Of a stretch of 31,652 nucleotides of DNA, positions 27,660-31,652 are shown piece after piece. A program made the translations under genes and the position numbers. Position 1 is the stretch's first letter. Each line of letters opens with the position of its first letter. Origin of the DNA: a virus (Duplodnaviria; Caudoviricetes); IMG/VR virus record IMGVR_UViG_3300039180_001171, positions 1-31,652 of that record. One strand, written 5' to 3'. The notes beneath the pieces were generated by a model. That model was not told where the DNA came from and searched no databases. It saw only the letters and a program-made list of their open reading frames with translations.

Positions 27660-28585
27660 TACCTGACCTCTATATTTGAATTACCACTAATTACAAATGC
27701 TTCTCCACCAACCGTAGCGTTTCCGTTTGCTTCAAATTCCCAATAACCTTTTAAGTCTGAAGAAGCTGAGTGTGTTGTAGCGTCTATAGGAGTTCCTGAG
27801 TTGTATAGTTCAGCAACATCCGCTGCAGTCAATCGTTTGTCCCACATGGTTAATCCATCGAATTTTGTTTCTGCAGCGTTACCAGATAAATTGTAAGTAC
27901 CGTAAGTACTACTACCTAGAGCTATCTGTCTATCATTATTACCCATACTAGGGGTTCCAGTATTATTACCACTTGAATAAAACCCATTTCCACAAGTAGT
28001 ACCATTCCAATATAAATCTAAATTTGTAAATGCTGATGAAGTACCTGTTCCTTTAGTTATTGTTATCATAGTGTAGTCATCATCACCAACGTTACCTCTG
28101 TTTGCTGAACTCCAGTAAGATGCACCTAGCCCGGCAGCATTATACGAATCTACATAGGCTGCAGCTTGTGAGTGAAATAACCAAAATTGACTCGTCTTAG
28201 CTGTTGAGGATGATCGCCAATCTACATTAAGTCTATTATTACTCCTTTTATACCACATCCTAATTGTATTGTCATGTACCCCTCCTCCAATATCATTCAT
28301 GAAAAATAAATAAGTAGAACTAGAGTGTGTACTGTTCCACCCCGGCTTAACCCAAAAAGATATACTAAAGTCGTCGGATTGGTCCCATTCAACACCCATT
28401 GCATTAGTATCATGTAATCTAATGGATTGAGCATCTGTAACTGTTATAGATTTAGCTACTGCGTTTGTATTTGTGAATAGCGATACCAATTGACCTGCGA
28501 TTTTAGCGAAGCTAGTTATGACAACACCAGATACTTTACTGATGGATGTAGCTAGTACCCCGGTTAATTTACTTACTGTTCCCAT
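27659..28585 (-). CDS. LamG/concanavalin-like virion protein
   Basis: FSISFWVK, LYWNG, WDKRLTAADVAELYNSG, LKGYWEFE. N-terminal repeated SK[LVI].G motif. Confidence 0.75.
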   Translation of the reverse strand: MGTVSKLTGVLATSISKVSGVVITSFAKIAGQLVSLFTNTNAVAKSITVTDAQSIRLHDTNAMGVEWDQSDDFSISFWVKPGWNSTHSSSTYLFFMNDIGGGVHDNTIRMWYKRSNNRLNVDWRSSSTAKTSQFWLFHSQAAAYVDSYNAAGLGASYWSSANRGNVGDDDYTMITITKGTGTSSAFTNLDLYWNGTTCGNGFYSSGNNTGTPSMGNNDRQIALGSSTYGTYNLSGNAAETKFDGLTMWDKRLTAADVAELYNSGTPIDATTHSASSDLKGYWEFEANGNATVGGEAFVISGNSNIEVR

Positions 28586-28586
28586 A

Positions 28587-31500
28587 CTATGTTAACTCAA
28601 CCCAAGTATTATCAGGATTAAAGTACACAACATTTTCAGTACCTTGACCATTCGTTAATTGATATCCTAAAATTCTTACAAAATCCCCAGTTCCTGTTGG
28701 AGCGGTTGATTGTGCTCTTCCAACAGTAGTACTTAAATATAATGGAGCTCCAGATGCTGCAGCTGGGTTCGTTCTCAAGAAAACTGTACCTCTTAGTAGC
28801 ATACCTCCAGCTGATGAATTTGATAGAGCTACCACCATTATACCCGTTGATGTGGATGCAGCATCAGCATCTGCTTTAGTTGGAACTCCATCAATTAAAG
28901 TATAAATTTCTCCTGCTGTAGTTGGTACGTCTTCATTTGCTATGTCGTATATCACATCTCCTTGTGCATAACTTACACCTTGACCATCTAGATTTGCTTG
29001 CCACGCTAAATCTCTCCAACCTATTGTTGATTTTGGAGAAGTTAAAGTTGTAGTAACAGATAACTTATTACCAATAGTAACTATATCACTACTGTCTCCA
29101 ATAGTTACGGCATTACTTCCGAATCCACCAGCTAAAGATGTTTTTAAGCTTGCTACTGTAAGTCCAGTCTTAGCTGTGTTTGCCGTGATAGCTGAAGCCT
29201 GACCAGAGGTAATTCCTGTTTTAGCTGTATTTGCTGCAACGTCAGTTGCTATATCTATTCCATCAACAGTACCACTTACCGCTATATCACCAGTGAAAGT
29301 TGCATCACCATTTTCTCCATCTATATCAAATAAAACATTACCTGACGCATCTCCATTATCACCACCGTGTTTTGTTATGTAGAAGCTAGAATTAGCAGCG
29401 CTACTCTGGTTGTTGTTTGAATCTAAATTAATTATATAAGACCCGTATGTGTTAAACCTTAAGTCATCACCAGTTCCTCCCGCTAATTGTCTAGAGGTGA
29501 TAGAATGTTGAGTACTATTACCCCCGTAGAATGTAATGTAATCTCCAGTGGCCTCTAATTGTAAGCTATCTAATATTGTAGTTCCATTAACAGTTAAATT
29601 ATTGGAGAATGTTTTATTACCACCAATTGTTTGATCACCAGTTGTATAAACACCATTCGTTACTGTGCCTGCGTTTCCGGTTATTGTGGTTTGATCTCCA
29701 GTGTTTGTACCCGATTGATTTTCAAGTTTAGCTTCAGGGATTATAGCTCCTGCCCATGTTGCTGTTGTTATATTTCCTGATATATCAGCGTTACCGTCTA
29801 TATCTAAACTATCAGCTTGTAGTTCGCCTGTTATTTCTACGCCACCAGCTACCGTTGTAACTTTAGCCGCATTGTTATGGTATAGAATAACTGCGCCATT
29901 TTCCGTGGCTTGTATCATGTTTTCATTAGCAGCCGCGTTTAATAATCTAAACGAATTTGTAAGAACAGAAAGGTTACCGGTTCCAGCGTCTTTTATATAA
30001 CTATTACTACCGTCGTGGTATATCTGAAGGTCATCGCTATTACCAAATTGAGCTTTATAACCATCTGCCCAATTAACATCACCAAACATATCACCCCCAC
30101 TTTTCAACAAGTTCCACTGGTAACTAGCGTGAGTTTTACCAATAACACCTATCATCCTCAAATAACTGTTTCCACTTATGTTTGTGAATGTATATCTAGC
30201 TCCTTTCAGAACTCCCGGACTTAATGTGTAGAATCCATCATATATATAGAAGTCCACGCAATCAATATCATTAGCTACTACTTCCCAATTCCCGTCACCA
30301 TCCTTTAACTCAATCTTCATTGTAGCTACAGAACTTGCTGCTGAATGAAAAAACACGTAAGGTTTCCAACTTGTATTTGCTGAATTACTAACAGCTATAT
30401 CTGTTAACTCTATAACGACATTGTTACTCCCGTCTTTATATGTGTTTAAGTTTATATAATTGGCTGTGTAAGTAAAAAGTCTTTTTAAATTATCTGCGCT
30501 AATAGCAGTACCTGTAGTTTGACTAAGAGTACCTCCAATACCTGCGGCTTCACCAGCATAAGCCGTTGCACTTTCATCAAACCTAAAGTTAAAAGTATCT
30601 GGTTCTATATACCCACCTGGTAAAGCAGTCATATTTCTTAATCTTAGTGATGGTGATGCTCCTTGTATAAAATCACTAACTGTTAAATTACCGCCAACAC
30701 TAGCATCGTCATCAACAACTAAATCATCTGTCGAATACAAGTGCTCAGCCTGTACAGTTGCGCTAGCTGTTACACTATCAACTCCAGTTAAATTTCCAGA
30801 AATATCTGCGTTACCGTTTATATCTAAACTAGTACCTGTTAATGTAGTACCTGTTATTGTTCCTCCACCAGTAATGTTTTGATTACCCATAGCTATTGCA
30901 CCACTCATCGTACCACCTGCTTTTGGTAACGCTGCTACACCGGTAGCGATATCCGTGTTGATTGAGTTAGCTAATTTAGCTGCAGTAACATTATCATCTA
31001 ATATTTTGGCTGTGATAACTTTATCATTACCAATAGTAAGAGTTGTAGCTCCTGTTACATCACCTGTATGTGTTGCATTTGATGTTTTAGCTGTGTTAGC
31101 GTCTATTTCTGCTAATAATGTATTTGCTAATTTGTCTTCTGTTATTTGATCGTCACCAATATAAGCCGTTTTAATTGTTGTTCCTTCCCAAACACCAGTA
31201 TCAATTGTACCAACTGTAGTAATACCTAATCCATCAATATCACTCTTACTTTGGTCTGCAGTGGAATTATTTTCTACTCCAAGTATTGCACGGACTTCGG
31301 TAGCAGACATAGCCTTTGGTACACCTGCATTATCTGCAGTTCTACCTATGATTGTATTTGTAGCTACATCATCTAGCTTAGCCATTGTTATATTAGCATC
31401 AGCAATGTATGCAGTCTTTATAGTTGTACCTTGCCAAACACCAGAACTAATAGTTCCAACTTCTGTAATGTCTAAAGCATTTATATCGGACTTGGATTGG

Positions 31501-31652
31501 TCTGAATTTGTAACCTTTGCAGTATTGGCATCTATCTCTGCTAATAATGTATTAGCCAATTTATCTTCGGTTACCTGATCATCACCAATATAGGCAGTCT
31601 TTATAGTTGTACCTTCCCAAACTCCTGTATCTATTGTACCTACCGTAGTGAT
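28587..31652 (-). CDS. Repeat-rich fibre/decoration protein, 5'-truncated (frame stays open to window end)
   Basis: The ORF-track start at 31559 is a TTG inside a repeat and the 31 upstream codons are open. Fibre motifs ALPKAGGTMSG and FG..DDLQIYHDGSNSYI.D.GTG. C-terminal KADAD...G.PLYLS...APTG..VR..G domain. Confidence 0.8.
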   Translation of the reverse strand: MTTVGTIDTGVWEGTTIKTAYIGDDQVTEDKLANTLLAEIDANTAKVTNSDQSKSDINALDITEVGTISSGVWQGTTIKTAYIADANITMAKLDDVATNTIIGRTADNAGVPKAMSATEVRAILGVENNSTADQSKSDIDGLGITTVGTIDTGVWEGTTIKTAYIGDDQITEDKLANTLLAEIDANTAKTSNATHTGDVTGATTLTIGNDKVITAKILDDNVTAAKLANSINTDIATGVAALPKAGGTMSGAIAMGNQNITGGGTITGTTLTGTSLDINGNADISGNLTGVDSVTASATVQAEHLYSTDDLVVDDDASVGGNLTVSDFIQGASPSLRLRNMTALPGGYIEPDTFNFRFDESATAYAGEAAGIGGTLSQTTGTAISADNLKRLFTYTANYINLNTYKDGSNNVVIELTDIAVSNSANTSWKPYVFFHSAASSVATMKIELKDGDGNWEVVANDIDCVDFYIYDGFYTLSPGVLKGARYTFTNISGNSYLRMIGVIGKTHASYQWNLLKSGGDMFGDVNWADGYKAQFGNSDDLQIYHDGSNSYIKDAGTGNLSVLTNSFRLLNAAANENMIQATENGAVILYHNNAAKVTTVAGGVEITGELQADSLDIDGNADISGNITTATWAGAIIPEAKLENQSGTNTGDQTTITGNAGTVTNGVYTTGDQTIGGNKTFSNNLTVNGTTILDSLQLEATGDYITFYGGNSTQHSITSRQLAGGTGDDLRFNTYGSYIINLDSNNNQSSAANSSFYITKHGGDNGDASGNVLFDIDGENGDATFTGDIAVSGTVDGIDIATDVAANTAKTGITSGQASAITANTAKTGLTVASLKTSLAGGFGSNAVTIGDSSDIVTIGNKLSVTTTLTSPKSTIGWRDLAWQANLDGQGVSYAQGDVIYDIANEDVPTTAGEIYTLIDGVPTKADADAASTSTGIMVVALSNSSAGGMLLRGTVFLRTNPAAASGAPLYLSTTVGRAQSTAPTGTGDFVRILGYQLTNGQGTENVVYFNPDNTWVELT
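31086..31652 (-). repeat. 46-codon internal duplication (31515-31652 and 31086-31223), period 429 nt
   Basis: ITTVGTIDTGVWEGTTIKTAYIGDDQ[V/I]TEDKLANTLLAEIDANTAK occurs twice, with a diverged third copy in between. Confidence 0.9.

Noticed and set aside
31557-31559. ORF-track start of the 990-aa protein
   Set aside because: It is a Leu TTG inside a repeat; the frame stays open to the window end.
2058-31578. All other short + strand ORFs in the track
   Set aside because: They overlap well-supported minus-strand genes or the scaffold leader and have no recognisable motifs.
1-31652. Stop-codon reassignment, CRISPR array, tRNA, intron/intein, integrase
   Set aside because: Core genes are uninterrupted in the standard code and TAG ends genes at sensible places. 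Terminase, portal and MCP show no intein-sized inserts. No repeat-spacer array or cloverleaf was seen in the short intergenic gaps.

Overview
AT-rich segment of a large lytic T4-superfamily-like myophage (Caudoviricetes), probably infecting Bacteroidota. All credible genes are on the minus strand. In transcription order (right to left): a truncated repeat-rich fibre protein, LamG protein and small partner; an 810-aa HIGH-like nucleotidyltransferase fused to an RNA-ligase-like domain; small hypotheticals; a membrane/coiled-coil (spanin-like) pair; large terminase; portal; putative prohead-core proteins; prohead protease; phage ribosomal protein bS21; scaffold; major capsid protein; PhoH; neck and tail-completion proteins; an 1816-aa fibre; a LamG + DUF1566-like protein; two small proteins; and the tail sheath 5' part, which the ORF track missed. 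Best leads: (1) the 810-aa protein as a protease-processed, capsid-packaged dual-nucleotidyltransferase polyprotein; (2) an SD-less bS21 transcription unit among SD-rich structural genes; (3) a recurring TA(T/C)TTAT late-promoter-like motif, the reverse complement of the T4 late promoter; (4) pervasive [S/T]-[G/A]-S tripeptides in virion proteins; (5) a DGR-target-like C-terminal domain with no RT in the window. All family calls come from motif recognition by eye, not database searches.
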